Shown: positions 1 to 11,185 of the stretch, one piece after another
Position numbering within the stretch: position 1 is the stretch's first letter
Layout: every line of letters starts with the position of its first letter
Assembly: GCA_900553145.1 (NCBI GenBank)
Contig: USCL01000001.1
Location: 1 to 61,788 of the forward strand
Direction: 5' to 3'
DNA from: an uncultured Desulfovibrio sp.
Lineage (GTDB): Bacteria > Desulfobacterota > Desulfovibrionia > Desulfovibrionales > Desulfovibrionaceae
DNA: 61,788 nt
The notes under the pieces: generated by a model
What the model was told of the DNA's origin: nothing
Seen by the model: the letters and a program-made list of their open reading frames with translations, nothing else
Database searches by the model: none
Program-made: the position numbers and the translations under genes

Positions 1-85
1 AAGTTTCCCCCGCCCCCTCCAAACCTCCCCCACCCTCTTCAAAGACTTTCAACTGGTGGGGAGGCCGTGCGGAAGGAGTTCCCGC
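1..85 (+). repeat. Partial copy of dispersed palindromic intergenic repeat (subtype A)
   Basis: CCCCTCCAAACCTCCCC...AAAGACTTTC..CTGGTGGGGAGGC..GCGG..GGAGT matches the reverse complement of 24861-24960 and resembles 56518-56605; the window starts mid-hairpin. Confidence 0.75.
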
Positions 86-540
86 CGTATGAAAAAGCGG
101 GGCGGCAAGGCTGGGTGCAGTTTGCGGCTGTTCGGCTCCGTGCCGCATCAAAAATTTTTTGCGTAGTTGAAGCTGTATCCGCCTTGGCGGCAGGGCATTG
201 CCGGCACACTCGCAATGGGGTTGCCAGCCTTCGCCGTTTTCTCGAACAGGGCCAACGGAAAAGGCCGAGGCACGAGGGTACGTTTCGTTGAAGGGGATTC
301 CGCTTGTTGGAGCGGATTCTGACGGGCCGGAGTTATCCGGCTTTTTTTGCGCTGTTTGGGGATGGCGGCGTTTCCGGTTCCGGGGCCGGGAGGAGGCCAT
401 GCCCCGTCCTTGCCGAGCGGCGCGGTTCTCCCTATTATTTCATTTTGCTATCGTATTGATGTATTCCGGATACGGATCGGGCGGCGGATACCGGGCTGGT
501 TCCCTTCGAAGCCCCGATCACAACGCTCTCGGCGGATTTC

Positions 541-1344
541 ATGGAAAAGCTCCTTGTTCTCGGGACCGGCAATGCCGGGGCCACGCGCTGTTACAACACG
601 TGTTTTGTCCTCCATGACGGCGGAGAGCCGTTGCTGGTGGATGCGGGCGGCGGCAACGCCATTTTTACGCAGCTCGAACGGGTGGGCGTGCGGCCTGCCG
701 ATATCCACCACGCGTTTCTGACCCATTGCCACACCGATCACCTCTTCGGCATGATCTGGATGATCCGCAGCGTTGCCCAGAGCATCCGGAATGGGACCTA
801 CAGCGGTTCGTTTACCCTGTACTGCCATGACGGGCTCGCCGGGATCGTCCGCGCCATCGCGGACATGACGCTGCCCGCCAGCATGACCCGGTTCATCGGC
901 GACCGGATTCGCTTCGTCCCTGTGGAAGACGGCGGGGAACGCCCATTCGGGAACTACAGGGCCACGTTTTTCGACATCGGCTCCACAAAGGCGCGGCAAT
1001 TCGGCTTCACGCTGCGTCTCCATAACGGCAAAAAACTCACCTGCCTCGGCGACGAACCCTGTACGCCCCAAGGCAGGAAATACGCGGCGGGCAGCGGCTG
1101 GCTCCTCAGCGAAGCCTTTTGCCTCTACGCGGATCGGGATCGCTTCAACCCCTATGAGAAGCACCACAGCACGGTCCGCGAAGCCTGCGAAACGGCGACG
1201 GAACTCGGCGTCGGCAATCTCGTGCTCTGGCATACCGAAGATACCCGCCTCCCTGAACGCAAGGCGCTGTACACAGCAGAAGGACGCCGGTATTTCGCAG
1301 GCAACCTGTTCGTCCCCGACGATCTGGAGTCTATCATCCTGTAA
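541..1344 (+). CDS. MBL-fold metallo-hydrolase, RNase Z/BN-like
   Basis: N-terminal LGTG, D-x-G-G and THCHTDH (HxHxDH) motifs, plus KHHST and LWH motifs; 267 aa. Confidence 0.85.
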   Translation: MEKLLVLGTGNAGATRCYNTCFVLHDGGEPLLVDAGGGNAIFTQLERVGVRPADIHHAFLTHCHTDHLFGMIWMIRSVAQSIRNGTYSGSFTLYCHDGLAGIVRAIADMTLPASMTRFIGDRIRFVPVEDGGERPFGNYRATFFDIGSTKARQFGFTLRLHNGKKLTCLGDEPCTPQGRKYAAGSGWLLSEAFCLYADRDRFNPYEKHHSTVREACETATELGVGNLVLWHTEDTRLPERKALYTAEGRRYFAGNLFVPDDLESIIL

Positions 1345-1566
1345 GGTGGCTGGCCGGGTCGCCTCCCCGTACGCTCAATCCCCTGCGGCTTGGAAGCCGT
1401 GGAAGAGGGAAATGAGGGGCGAAAGGGCAATCCGGCGGGCGTTCCCAAAAGGGCCTGCCCGGCGGCGGGTTTCCGGGCCCCGCGGGTATTGGCGGCGATG
1501 CGGCCTCCCTCCGGGAAGACGCCTCCCTTGTTTCTCCGGTTCATTCCTCCTCAGCGCGTCCCTCCC

Positions 1567-1594
1567 CTTGACGATTCGACAGGCAAACTTATGT
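1567..1594 (+). promoter_or_regulatory. Putative heat-shock (RpoH-like) or sigma-70 promoter of htpG
   Basis: CTTG-N17-CTTATGT fits the CTTG-N17-CYTATNT RpoH-type pattern; it overlaps TTGACG-N16-TATGTT and lies about 55 nt before the htpG ATG. Confidence 0.4.
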
Positions 1595-1647
1595 TTGGGG
1601 CTGGATCGCCGGGCGTATCCCGGCCAAGATTTTGCAGGAGGATTCCC

Positions 1648-3573
1648 ATGTCTGAGCAGACCACCAATCATGAATTCCGTGCTGAAACCCGTAAGGTTCT
1701 GAATATCCTCACCCACTCCCTGTATTCCAACCGGGAGATTTTTTTGCGTGAGCTCATTTCCAACGCCTCCGACGCTCTGGACAAGCTGCGCTTCCTCCAG
1801 AGCCAGACGCAGCACGAGGCCATCCGTGATCCCGAGCTGCCGCTCGAAATCCGGATCTCTTCGGACAAGGTGCAGAATTGCCTGACCATCACCGACACCG
1901 GCGTCGGCATGACCCGCGACGAGATGATCGAAAACCTCGGCACCATCGCCCACTCCGGCTCCGAAGCCTTCCTCAGGGAACATTCCCAGACGTCCGAAGA
2001 CGGCACGGCCAGCGACGCCTCCAACATCATCGGACGGTTCGGCATCGGCTTCTATTCCGTGTTCATGGTCGCGGACAAGGTTGAAGTGACCTCGCTTTCC
2101 GCCACCGGGGACGGCCCCGCCTACCGCTGGACTTCCGACGGCACCGGCACGTTCTCCGTGGAGGAAGCCCCGGATCAGGCCGACATCAAGCGCGGCACCA
2201 CCATCCGGGCCTTCATCAAGGAAGGGGACAAGGAATTTCTGGAAAAATACCGCATCGAAGGCATCATCCGCACGCATTCGAGCTTCATCCCCTTCCCCAT
2301 CCTCGTGGACGGCGAGCGCGTGAACACGACGCCCGCCCTGTGGCGCGAACCCAAGTTCTCCATCAAGAAGGAACAGTACGACGAATTCTACAAGTTCCTG
2401 ACCTACGACCAGAAAGACCCGCTCGACGTGCTCCACCTGTCCGTCGACGCCCCGGTGCAGTTCAACGCCCTGCTGTTCATCCCCGACATCACCAAGGACT
2501 ACTTCGGCGCGTACCGCGAACACTGGGGGCTGGACCTCTACGCCCGCCGCGTGCTCATCCAGCGCGAGAACAAGGAGCTCATCCCCGACTACCTCGCCTT
2601 CCTCAAGGGCGTCGTGGACACCGAAGACCTGCCCCTGAACATTTCCCGCGAAACGCTTCAGGAAAACATCGTCCTGCGCAAGATCGCGCAGACCATCAGC
2701 AAGCAGATCCTCTCCCACCTCGAAAAGATGGCGAAGGACGACGCGGAAAAGTACAATAACTTCTGGAAACTGCACGGCAAGGTCTTCAAGCTCGGCTACA
2801 GCGACTTCGTAAACCGCGACCGCATCACCCCGCTGCTGCGCTTCAACTCCTCCGCGATGGAAGACGCCGACGGCCTGACCTCGCTGGACGACTACATTTC
2901 CCGCGCCCGCGAAAGCCAGAAGGAAATCTGGTATGTCGCCGCGCCGAGCCGCGAAGCCGCCAAGGTCAACCCGCACAGCGAAGTGTTCCGCCGCAAGGGC
3001 CTCGAAGTGCTTTACCTCTTTGAGCCCGTCGACGAGTTCGCGCTGGAAACGCTGGGGAAATACAAGGAGTTCACCTTCAAGGCCGTGGAGCACGCCGACA
3101 GCGCGGTGCTCGACTCCTTCGCGGACACGGACGAGCAGCCCAAGGCCGCTCCGCTGTCCAACGAGGACATGAACGAGTTCGACAAGCTGCTTGAAACCAT
3201 CCGCAAGGTGCTCGGCGACCAGATCAAGGATGCCCGCGTATCCCACCGTCTGGCGGACAGCCCGGCCTGCCTCGTCTCCCCGGACGACGGCGTGACCTCT
3301 TCGATGGAACGCCTGATGCGCGTCATGCAGAAGGATGACTCCATCCCGCAGAAGATTTTCGAAATCAACCGCGATCATCCCCTGCTCCGCACGATGCTGA
3401 AGCTTTCCAAGGCCGATGCCGACGATCCGCAGCTTGCCGAAATGATCCAGAGCCTGTTCGACTCCACCCTGCTGCTCGACGGCTACATCAAGGACCCGCA
3501 CGCCCTCGCCAGCCGCGCCACCAAGCTCCTTGAGCAGGCCAGCGCGTGGTATGCCGACATGAAGAAGCTGTAG
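1648..3573 (+). CDS. htpG: Molecular chaperone HtpG (Hsp90)
   Basis: HSLYSNREIFLRELISNASDA, DTGVGMT, NLGTIAHSG, GRFGIGFYS and LPLNISRETLQ motifs; AGGAGG RBS before ATG 1648. Confidence 0.97.
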   Translation: MSEQTTNHEFRAETRKVLNILTHSLYSNREIFLRELISNASDALDKLRFLQSQTQHEAIRDPELPLEIRISSDKVQNCLTITDTGVGMTRDEMIENLGTIAHSGSEAFLREHSQTSEDGTASDASNIIGRFGIGFYSVFMVADKVEVTSLSATGDGPAYRWTSDGTGTFSVEEAPDQADIKRGTTIRAFIKEGDKEFLEKYRIEGIIRTHSSFIPFPILVDGERVNTTPALWREPKFSIKKEQYDEFYKFLTYDQKDPLDVLHLSVDAPVQFNALLFIPDITKDYFGAYREHWGLDLYARRVLIQRENKELIPDYLAFLKGVVDTEDLPLNISRETLQENIVLRKIAQTISKQILSHLEKMAKDDAEKYNNFWKLHGKVFKLGYSDFVNRDRITPLLRFNSSAMEDADGLTSLDDYISRARESQKEIWYVAAPSREAAKVNPHSEVFRRKGLEVLYLFEPVDEFALETLGKYKEFTFKAVEHADSAVLDSFADTDEQPKAAPLSNEDMNEFDKLLETIRKVLGDQIKDARVSHRLADSPACLVSPDDGVTSSMERLMRVMQKDDSIPQKIFEINRDHPLLRTMLKLSKADADDPQLAEMIQSLFDSTLLLDGYIKDPHALASRATKLLEQASAWYADMKKL

Positions 3574-3589
3574 GGAAAGATTGAATGCT

Positions 3590-3621
3590 GGGGAAAGGAG
3601 GGGCCTTTCTCAAGAAAGACC
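3590..3621 (+). repeat. Partial palindromic repeat core downstream of htpG
   Basis: GGGGAAAGGAGGGGCCTTTCTCAAGAAAG contains the family core CTTTCT-N2-AGAAAG. Confidence 0.5.
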
Positions 3622-3959
3622 GCGTTGCTATCGATGCCCGTAAGGCTCGGGGACTCGTTGAACGGGCTCGGCCCCTTGGGGACGCCCTTCGGTCGTCCCT
3701 CCTCCGAGCCCCCTCCTCCCCCAAGATTTTTTTGTGCGGTGACAGGTTCCGGCGCTGTCCGGCATAAAGGGCCGCACCGAGTTCTTGAAGCAAGCCCCGC
3801 CACCCAGTGGACGGGGCTTGTTTCATGTTGGGATTCTTTCCTGAAAAGACTTGAAGAAATGTCCCTTTGCTGAGAAAATGGAGGGGATGCGCTTCCTTCC
3901 GAACCGCACCGCCACTCCCGGCAATGCCCGATCCCGATGAGCCGCACGCTCCCGGAACA

Positions 3960-4051
3960 GGATTCGATAAACACGAACGTCTTGGGAGAGGGAGGGGTGG
4001 GGTTTTGGGAAGGGGGAAGCTTTTCTTCAGAAAGGTTCCCCCTTCCCCAAG
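3960..4051 (-). repeat. Palindromic intergenic repeat (subtype B)
   Basis: The reverse complement matches 23487-23574 (hairpin + CCCAAAACCCCACCC + AAGACGTTC....TTATCGAATCC). Confidence 0.85.
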
Positions 4052-4085
4052 CCCTCGCCCTTCCCTCCCCGATCAAGGATCCCCC

Positions 4086-4577
4086 ATGAACAAACTGCTG
4101 GTGCTCGGAATAGGAAACATGCTGCTCACGGACGACGGGGTGGGCGTGTTCGCCTCGCAGGAACTGATGAAGGAAAACTGGCCGGAGCAGGTGACGGTGC
4201 GCGAAGGCGGGACGTTCACGCAGGACATCTTCTACAGCTTCAAGGGGTACTCCCACCTGCTGGTGCTGGACGTGGTGCATTGCGGCGGCAAGCCGGGGAC
4301 CCTCTACCGGCTCACCGAGGACGCGCTGATCAAGGACGACAAGCAGCGCCTCTCCATCCACGACATTGACCTCATCGACTCCCTGCGCATGGCCGAAAAG
4401 CTGTTCGGCGCCAAATCCGAACTGCTCGTGCTCGGCGTGGAGCCCAAAGACTATGTGACGTGGAATATCGGCCTCTCGGAGGACGTGCAGGCCGTGTTCC
4501 CCGAATTTCTCGCGCTGGCCAGAAAAGAAATCGGGGAATGGCTGAAACGGTACGGCACTGGGGAGGCGCGGGCATGA
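4086..4577 (+). CDS. Hydrogenase maturation protease (HyaD/HybD family)
   Basis: LVLGIGNMLLTDDGVGV, EGGT, LVLD and SIHD motifs; AAGGA RBS upstream. Confidence 0.92.
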   Translation: MNKLLVLGIGNMLLTDDGVGVFASQELMKENWPEQVTVREGGTFTQDIFYSFKGYSHLLVLDVVHCGGKPGTLYRLTEDALIKDDKQRLSIHDIDLIDSLRMAEKLFGAKSELLVLGVEPKDYVTWNIGLSEDVQAVFPEFLALARKEIGEWLKRYGTGEARA

Positions 4578-5262
4578 TCCCTCTCGGGGCCATCATCAAC
4601 GCTTTGGGCATCACCGCCGGCAGCCTTGTGGGGCCCGCCTTCCGGAACGCGTCCGTGCCATCGTCTTTCAGGGGCTCGGCCTCTGCGTGCTGGTCATCGG
4701 GTTCAAGATGGCCCTGCTCATGCAAAACCCGCTCATCGTCATTTTCAGCATCGTGATCGGATCGGGCGCCGGCGAGGTGGCCGGGCTCGAGGCCCGGCTC
4801 GTCCGCGTGGGCGACTGGCTGAAAGCGCGGCTCAAGTCGTCCAACCCGCTGTTCACCGACGGCATGGTCAACGCTTCGGTCCTGTTCTGCATCGGCGCGA
4901 TGGCCATCATCGGATCGTTTGACGAAGGGCTCAGGGGCGACCGGGCCGTGGTCCTTTCCAAAACCATCATCGACAGTTTCGCGGCGCTGGCGATGGCCTC
5001 GGCCTATGGGCTCGGGGTCTTGTTCTCGGCCATACCCGTGCTTATCTATCAGGGGTCGCTCACACTGCTCGCGGGCAGCCTCCAAAGCTGGCTTGATCCC
5101 ACGGCCATGACGGAACTCACGGCCGTCGGCGGTACGCTCATTATCGGCATCGGCCTCAATATGCTGGAAATCATCCGCATTCCCCTGTCGAACATGCTCC
5201 CGTCGCTGCTCGCCGTAGTGGGCCTATGCGCGTTGACGGCTTCCTTCCCGGGAACGTTTTAG
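4574..5262 (+). pseudogene. DUF554 (YdfK/YqgA-like) membrane protein, frameshifted near 4630-4636
   Basis: ATG 4574 overlaps the upstream stop and reads MIPLGAIINALGITAGSLVG. The family-like continuation RLPERVRAIVFQGLGLCVLVIG...LFCIGAMAIIGS...KTIID is in another frame. Confidence 0.75.
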
Positions 5263-5445
5263 ATCCGTCATCCCCGCACGGCATCAGATGGAAAAGCGCT
5301 TCCGCCCCGGACGGGGAAAACGCTCCTGATGCCTGAGGGGCATAAACGGCGACAACACTTTTGACATGGCCGCCCGGCCCCCAGCGCCGGAAGCGGCGAT
5401 TCACCCGTAAGACACCCCAGTCTGGACAGACTTCCTAAGGAACCT

Positions 5446-8370
5446 ATGAGCCATTCTTCCATCCATATCGAGGGCGCGCGCCAGCACAACCTCAAGAACC
5501 TCACGCTCGACATCCCCCGCGACGAACTTGTGGTCGTCTGCGGCCCTTCGGGGTCGGGCAAGTCCACGCTCGCGTTCGACATCGTGTATGCGGAAGGCCA
5601 GCGCAGGTATGTGGAATCCCTTTCCGCCTACGCCCGCCAGTTCCTCCCGCAGATGGACAAGCCGGACGTCGATAAAATCGAAGGGCTCTCCCCCGCCATC
5701 TCGCTGGAACAGCAGACCACGGGCCGCAACCCCCGCTCCACCGTGGGTACGGTCACCGAAGTGTACGACTTCCTGCGCGTCTTCTTCGCCCGCCTCGGCA
5801 AAATGTATTGCCCCCAGTGCGGCCGCCCCATCGAAGCGCGTGCCGCCGACGAAATCATCGCCGACATCCTCGCCCTGCCCGAAGGCACGAAAGTCATCAT
5901 CATGGCCCCGCTGGTGGAACTCCAGAAGGGCACGCACCTCGACCGCTTCAAGAAGCTGAAGGCCGAGGGCTTCGTACGCGTGCGCGTGGACGGCCAGCTG
6001 TACGGCATGGAAGACATCCCCGCGCTGGACAAGAACAAGAAGCACACCATCGATCTCGTGATCGACCGTCTGGTCATCAAGGACGGCATCCGGGGGCGGC
6101 TGGCCGACTCGGTGGAGCTGGCCCTGCGTTACGGCGAGGGCCGGATCATCGTGAACGAGCCCGACAAGGGGGCTGGCGGCGACACGCTGCACGCCACGGA
6201 ATCGGTCTGCCCGGTCTGCAAGATCAGCCTGCCCGCGCCGAGCCCGCAGCTCTTTTCCTTCAACAGCCCGCAAGGGGCCTGCCCGCGCTGCGCCGGGCTC
6301 GGGACCGTGGAATACTTCGAGCCCATGCTCATCGCGCCCAACCGCGGCCTGTCCCTGAACACCAAGGCCATCCTGCCGTGGGCCAACCCCAAGACCTTCG
6401 CCCGCTACGAAGAGGCGCTGACGGCCCTCAGCAAGCGGTTCGGCTTCACCCTGTCCACGCCGCTGTCCGCGTATTCGCCGGAGGCCCTGCACGCCCTGTT
6501 TTACGGCGAGGACGGCACCACGCAGAAATCCAAGAGCGGCCTGCGCCGGAACCGTCTGGGCGGCTCCGTGGCGCTCGAGGCCCCGGAGTATGACGACAAC
6601 GCCCCCGCCCCGGTCAAGGCCTATGACGGCCCGTACAAGCTCGCCGCGGACAATTGGCCGGGCGTCATCCCCCTGCTCGAACGCGGCATGCAGTACGGCG
6701 ACATGTGGCGCGATCTGCTGTCCCGCTACCTCCAGAGCATGAATTGCCCCACATGCCACGGCGCGCGGCTGCGGCCCGAATCGCTGGCCGTGCGCGTGGA
6801 CGACCTCAACATCCATCAGTTCTGTTCCCTGCCCGTGGAACGCGCCCTCCGCTGGCTCAACGAACGCGCGTTCGACGGACGCCACGCCCTCGTCGCCGAG
6901 CCGCTCCTCAAGGAGTTGAACCACCGGCTGTCGTTCATGACCAACGTGGGCCTTGACTACATCTCGCTGGGCCGCACCATGACCACGCTCTCGGGCGGGG
7001 AATCGCAGCGCATCCGCCTCGCCTCCCAGCTCGGTTCGGGGCTGGTGGGCGTGACCTATGTGCTTGACGAACCGTCCATCGGCCTGCATCCCCGGGACAA
7101 CGAGCGCCTCATCGCCACGCTCCGCAGCCTGCAGGGGCGCGGCAACACCGTGCTGGTGGTCGAACACGACGAAGCCACCATCCGCGAAGCCGACCATATC
7201 ATCGAGCTCGGCCCCGGATCCGGCGCGCACGGCGGCGACATGGTGTACCACGGCTCTTTCGAGGAGCTGATCAAGCACTCGGAAACGCTGACCGCCAAAT
7301 ACATGCGGGGGGATCTGTCCGTGCCCATCCCGGACGAACGCCGCGAACCCAAGGGGTGGCTCACCCTGCGCGGGGTCACGACCAACAACCTCAAGGACGT
7401 CGACTGCCCCATCCCGCTCGGCACGCTGACCTGCGTGACCGGGGTTTCCGGCTCGGGGAAAAGCTCCCTCGTGGTGGACACGCTGTACAAGCACCTTGCG
7501 CTGGCGCAGGGCATCCGCGTGGATCAGCCCGGCAGCATCCGGGGCATCGAGGGCGTGGAGGCCATCGAGCGCATCGTGGCCATCGACCAGACGCCCATCG
7601 GCCGCACACCGCGCTCCAACCCGGCGACCTACACCAAAATCTTCGACGAGATCGGCAACATCTTCTCCATGACCCCGGACGCCCGCAAGCGCGGCTACCA
7701 GCCGGGACGGTTCAGCTTCAACGTCAAGGGCGGACGCTGCGAAGCGTGCAGCGGCGACGGGCAGATCCGCGTGGAGATGCACTTCCTGCCAGACGTCTAC
7801 GTCACCTGCGACGTGTGCAGGGGCAAGCGTTACAACCATGAAACGCTCGAAGTCCGTTACCGGGGGCTGAACATCTCGGAAGTGCTGGATATGCCCGTGC
7901 GCGAGGCCCGCCAGTTCTTCTCCAGTTATCCTGTACTCGAACGCCGCCTTGCCGTACTGGAAGACGTGGGGCTCGACTACATCCGCCTCGGGCAGCCCGC
8001 CACGACCCTCTCCGGCGGCGAAGCGCAGCGCATCAAGATATCGCGCGAACTCGGCAAGCGTTCCCTGCCCGGCACCATGTACATCCTTGATGAGCCGACC
8101 ACGGGGCTGCACATGCATGAAGTCGGCAAGCTCGTCACCGTGCTGCACCACCTAGTGGAGCTCGGCGCGACGGTCGTGGTCATCGAGCACAACACGGACG
8201 TCATCCTCGCTTCGGATTACGTCATCGACCTCGGCCCCGGCGGCGGGGAAAACGGCGGGCGCATCGTCGCCGCCGGAACGCCTGAAGCCATCATGGCCGA
8301 TCCGAACTCCGTCACCGGCAAGTTCCTCACCGAAGAACGCCGGACGCGGCGCAAACTCGGAGACGGCTAA
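5446..8370 (+). CDS. uvrA: Excinuclease ABC subunit A
   Basis: GARQHNLKN start, two Walker A motifs ([16 protein letters not shown]), LSGGE signatures, CxxC zinc fingers; 974 aa. Confidence 0.97.
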   Translation: MSHSSIHIEGARQHNLKNLTLDIPRDELVVVCGPSGSGKSTLAFDIVYAEGQRRYVESLSAYARQFLPQMDKPDVDKIEGLSPAISLEQQTTGRNPRSTVGTVTEVYDFLRVFFARLGKMYCPQCGRPIEARAADEIIADILALPEGTKVIIMAPLVELQKGTHLDRFKKLKAEGFVRVRVDGQLYGMEDIPALDKNKKHTIDLVIDRLVIKDGIRGRLADSVELALRYGEGRIIVNEPDKGAGGDTLHATESVCPVCKISLPAPSPQLFSFNSPQGACPRCAGLGTVEYFEPMLIAPNRGLSLNTKAILPWANPKTFARYEEALTALSKRFGFTLSTPLSAYSPEALHALFYGEDGTTQKSKSGLRRNRLGGSVALEAPEYDDNAPAPVKAYDGPYKLAADNWPGVIPLLERGMQYGDMWRDLLSRYLQSMNCPTCHGARLRPESLAVRVDDLNIHQFCSLPVERALRWLNERAFDGRHALVAEPLLKELNHRLSFMTNVGLDYISLGRTMTTLSGGESQRIRLASQLGSGLVGVTYVLDEPSIGLHPRDNERLIATLRSLQGRGNTVLVVEHDEATIREADHIIELGPGSGAHGGDMVYHGSFEELIKHSETLTAKYMRGDLSVPIPDERREPKGWLTLRGVTTNNLKDVDCPIPLGTLTCVTGVSGSGKSSLVVDTLYKHLALAQGIRVDQPGSIRGIEGVEAIERIVAIDQTPIGRTPRSNPATYTKIFDEIGNIFSMTPDARKRGYQPGRFSFNVKGGRCEACSGDGQIRVEMHFLPDVYVTCDVCRGKRYNHETLEVRYRGLNISEVLDMPVREARQFFSSYPVLERRLAVLEDVGLDYIRLGQPATTLSGGEAQRIKISRELGKRSLPGTMYILDEPTTGLHMHEVGKLVTVLHHLVELGATVVVIEHNTDVILASDYVIDLGPGGGENGGRIVAAGTPEAIMADPNSVTGKFLTEERRTRRKLGDG

Positions 8371-8384
8371 CCCGTCCGGACATG

Positions 8385-8465
8385 CGGGGGAGGAGAAACG
8401 GGCCTTTTTTGAAAAAGGACGGGGATACCCCGTGATACCCTTTCCCCCCCCTGAACCGCATCCCT
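8385..8465 (+). repeat. Degenerate copy of palindromic repeat
   Basis: G-rich arm, CCTTTTTTGAAAAAGG core and C-rich arm directly after the uvrA stop. Confidence 0.45.
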
Positions 8466-8698
8466 TGCCATCGCGGACGCCGGGGATATGGACATCGGCC
8501 GCCTTCGCCCGCAAGGGAGATCCGCCCGCTGTTTTCCGGTTTCCGCCTCTTCCCCTTCCCGCCGATCTCTTTTTGCCGGAGGGGGCATTCCGGCTGAAAC
8601 CGGAGCGAACAAGACGCAACAACGTCCGCTTCGGACACAAAAGGCGGGAAGCCGCCGGGAAACGGTGTTCTTTCCGAAACGCTTCCAAAGGACTGCAT

Positions 8699-9487
8699 AT
8701 GGTTTCGCTTGAACTCAATCAGGATCACTGCATCCGGTGCGGCCGCTGCATCAGCGTGTGCCCGCAGCGCATTCTGGGCCGACGCACGAACGGGGCCGTG
8801 GACATCCTGCACGGGGCGCTGGCCCGCTGCATCCGGTGCGGCCATTGCGTCGCCGTCTGTCCCAAGGCGGCCCTGACGCTGGGACATGCCGCGCCTTCCT
8901 CCCTGCCGCTTGTGGAGGAGGCCCCACTTTCCGATTTGCAGCGCGACATGCTGTTCAAGGCCCGGCGCTCCACCCGCGCCTACAAGGATGAACCCGTCGA
9001 TCGCGGCGTTCTGCTCAAGGCACTGGAAGAGGCCCGCTACGCGCCGACGGCGTCCAACTGTGAAGAAGTGGCGTGGCTGCTGGTGGAAGGCCGCGACAGG
9101 CTGCACGATCTGGCCTCCCGCGTGGCGGACTGGATGTCGACGCTCACCGGGAAGTACAGCCATGTGGCGGCGGCTTTCCGCGCCGGGCAAGACCCGATCC
9201 TGCGCGGCGCCCCGGCTCTCATCCTCGCGCACGGCGACGCCAACATGCCGTGGAACGCCCTCGACTGTACCGCCGCCGTCAGCTATCTGGAACTCGCCCT
9301 GCACAGCTACGGCGTCGGGACTTGCTGGAGCGGTTTTGTGATTGCCGCCGCCGGCAACGGCGTGGATCTCGGCATTCCCGTCCCCGAAGGCCGCAAAATC
9401 TGCGCGGGGCTCATGCTCGGGTATCCTTCCGTCCAATATGCCCGTGTCCCCCCCCGCAAGCCCGTGCGGTTGACGGTTGTGGAGTAA
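8699..9487 (+). CDS. Nitroreductase family protein with N-terminal 2x[4Fe-4S] ferredoxin domain
   Basis: Two CxxCxxCxxxCP motifs, RRSTRAY, APTASN and GVGTCW. Confidence 0.92.
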   Translation: MVSLELNQDHCIRCGRCISVCPQRILGRRTNGAVDILHGALARCIRCGHCVAVCPKAALTLGHAAPSSLPLVEEAPLSDLQRDMLFKARRSTRAYKDEPVDRGVLLKALEEARYAPTASNCEEVAWLLVEGRDRLHDLASRVADWMSTLTGKYSHVAAAFRAGQDPILRGAPALILAHGDANMPWNALDCTAAVSYLELALHSYGVGTCWSGFVIAAAGNGVDLGIPVPEGRKICAGLMLGYPSVQYARVPPRKPVRLTVVE

Positions 9488-9683
9488 ACACAGGGGGAAA
9501 AGCCTTCCGGGAAAACAGAGCGCACTGGCAACGCCGCCTTTTTTCCGTGAGCGTTGCCGCCTCTCCTTCCTGAACCGCTGCGCCCGGTTCCGGTAAGGCT
9601 GTCCCGGCACACGCCGGAGGCATTATCCCCGGACGGTGTTTCACAATATCGCCCTGTTACCGGAAAAGCTCCATCCGGCAACA

Positions 9684-9733
9684 AGGCGAAAGAAAAAGCC
9701 CTGAACAACCATTCAGGGCTTTTTCTTTCGCCT
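9684..9733. terminator. Long inverted repeat between convergent genes (likely bidirectional terminator)
   Basis: AGGCGAAAGAAAAAGCCCTGAA-caacca-TTCAGGGCTTTTTCTTTCGCCT, a perfect 22-bp stem. Confidence 0.7.
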
Positions 9734-9826
9734 CTTGCCAACGTCTGGGCCGGCATGCCAAACCGCCACGGGATGGCGGGGCCCTCTTCGCTCCACGCGC
9801 CACGTGCGTTCAACAAGTAAAACCTG

Positions 9827-9873
9827 TAAAAAACCGGGGAGGAAAAGCGCATCAGCGCAATCCCTCCCCGGTT
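9827..9873 (-). terminator. Intrinsic terminator of the ald-tpa-sarD operon
   Basis: AACCGGGGAGG...CCTCCCCGGTT stem followed by a T-run on the minus strand, 25 nt after the sarD stop. Confidence 0.65.
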
Positions 9874-9897
9874 GACGGCTTATCTCAAATCCAAGGA

Positions 9898-11061
9898 CTA
9901 GGCTTCGAAGTTGGCTTCGAGCAGAGCGAGGATCTGGTCGCGGCTGGCGGCGCGGGGGTTGTTGTTCAGCAGACGCTTGGCGGCGAAGGCGCGGTCCGCG
10001 CAGGCGGGCAGGTCTTCATGCTTCACGCCGTAGTTGGCGAGGCCGGTCGCGATGTCGAGGTCGCTCAGCAGATCGCGGAAGGCGTCTTCCACGTCGGCGG
10101 CGCGATCCATCACGCTCATGCAGGTGGAACGGTCATCGCCACGCAGGATGTCGGCCACGATGGCGTACTTCTCGGGATTGGCGATGTAGTTGAAGCCCAC
10201 GCTGAAGGGAGCGCAGAAGGACATGGCCAGGCCGTGAGGAATGTGGCATTCCACGGGCAGGGTCGTGCCGATGGCATGGATGATGCCGTTCTGGGTGTTG
10301 CCGAAGCCCATGCCGGCGAGGGCGGAGGCGTACATCATGGCATCACGGGCAGCGGCGTTCTTGCCGTTGGCATAGGCCTGACGGATGTTGGCGCCGACCA
10401 GCTTCATGGCCTGAAGGTTCAGGGCGTCGGTGATCGGGGTGGCGGCGATGCCGCAGAAGGATTCCATGGCATGCACGAAAGCGTCAACGCCGGTCATGGC
10501 GGTCACGCGGGGAGGCAGGCCGAAGGTCAGCTCGGCGTCGAGGATGACGGTATCGGCATACATGTATTCGGAAACCACGCCCTTCTTGCCGCCGTTCTTG
10601 GTGTCGGCGAGCACGGAAATGTTGGTCATTTCAGAGCCGGTGCCGGCGGTGGTGGGGATCAGGATGGAGGGCAGGCAGGGATTCGGAACCACGTTGATGC
10701 CGAAGTACTTGTCGATGGGGCCTTCGTTGGAAAGCAGCACGGAAGCGGCCTTCGTGGTGTCGAGAGCGGAACCGCCGCCGAAACCGATGATCACGTCGGC
10801 GCCGAAAGCCTTGGCTTCGTCGGTGCAGTGCTGGATGGAGTCCATGCTGGGTTCCAGCTGGGCTTCAGCGTACAGCTTCCATTCGACGCCGCCGGCGGTC
10901 AAAGCTTCTTCGAGGGGCTTCTGGACGCCGATCTTGGCCAGACCGGGGTCGGTCACGATGAAAGCCTTGGTCCCCTTGAGGTTCTTCACTTCGTTAGCGG
11001 CTTCTTTGATAGCGCCGAGGCCATGCACGATCTTCTTGACGGTGTAATGCACAAAAGCCAT
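9898..11061 (-). CDS. sarD: Iron-containing alcohol dehydrogenase; NADH-dependent sulfoacetaldehyde reductase (SarD/TauF)
   Basis: GFGGGSALD, IPTTAGTGSE, DAFVHAME, HAIG and PHG Fe-ADH motifs; directly downstream of tpa, as in the Bilophila taurine cluster. Confidence 0.85.
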   Translation of the reverse strand: MAFVHYTVKKIVHGLGAIKEAANEVKNLKGTKAFIVTDPGLAKIGVQKPLEEALTAGGVEWKLYAEAQLEPSMDSIQHCTDEAKAFGADVIIGFGGGSALDTTKAASVLLSNEGPIDKYFGINVVPNPCLPSILIPTTAGTGSEMTNISVLADTKNGGKKGVVSEYMYADTVILDAELTFGLPPRVTAMTGVDAFVHAMESFCGIAATPITDALNLQAMKLVGANIRQAYANGKNAAARDAMMYASALAGMGFGNTQNGIIHAIGTTLPVECHIPHGLAMSFCAPFSVGFNYIANPEKYAIVADILRGDDRSTCMSVMDRAADVEDAFRDLLSDLDIATGLANYGVKHEDLPACADRAFAAKRLLNNNPRAASRDQILALLEANFEA

Positions 11062-11185
11062 TGTCGTATCCTCGCGTTGTTGAAGTCTTCATATGTCGAG
11101 GCAGGACAAAGCGTTGCCTTGCCCTGCCGACGATTTTGGAACTGAAAGTCCCGATGCCTCCTGACGAAGGCATCGGGCTTAGTTC

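Noticed and set aside
1390..1647. N-terminal extensions given by the ORF track (htpG from 1390, protease from 3867, nitroreductase from 8432, aroE from 23748)
   Set aside because: The extensions run through intergenic repeat or promoter DNA; downstream ATGs (most with a clear RBS) match the family N-termini.
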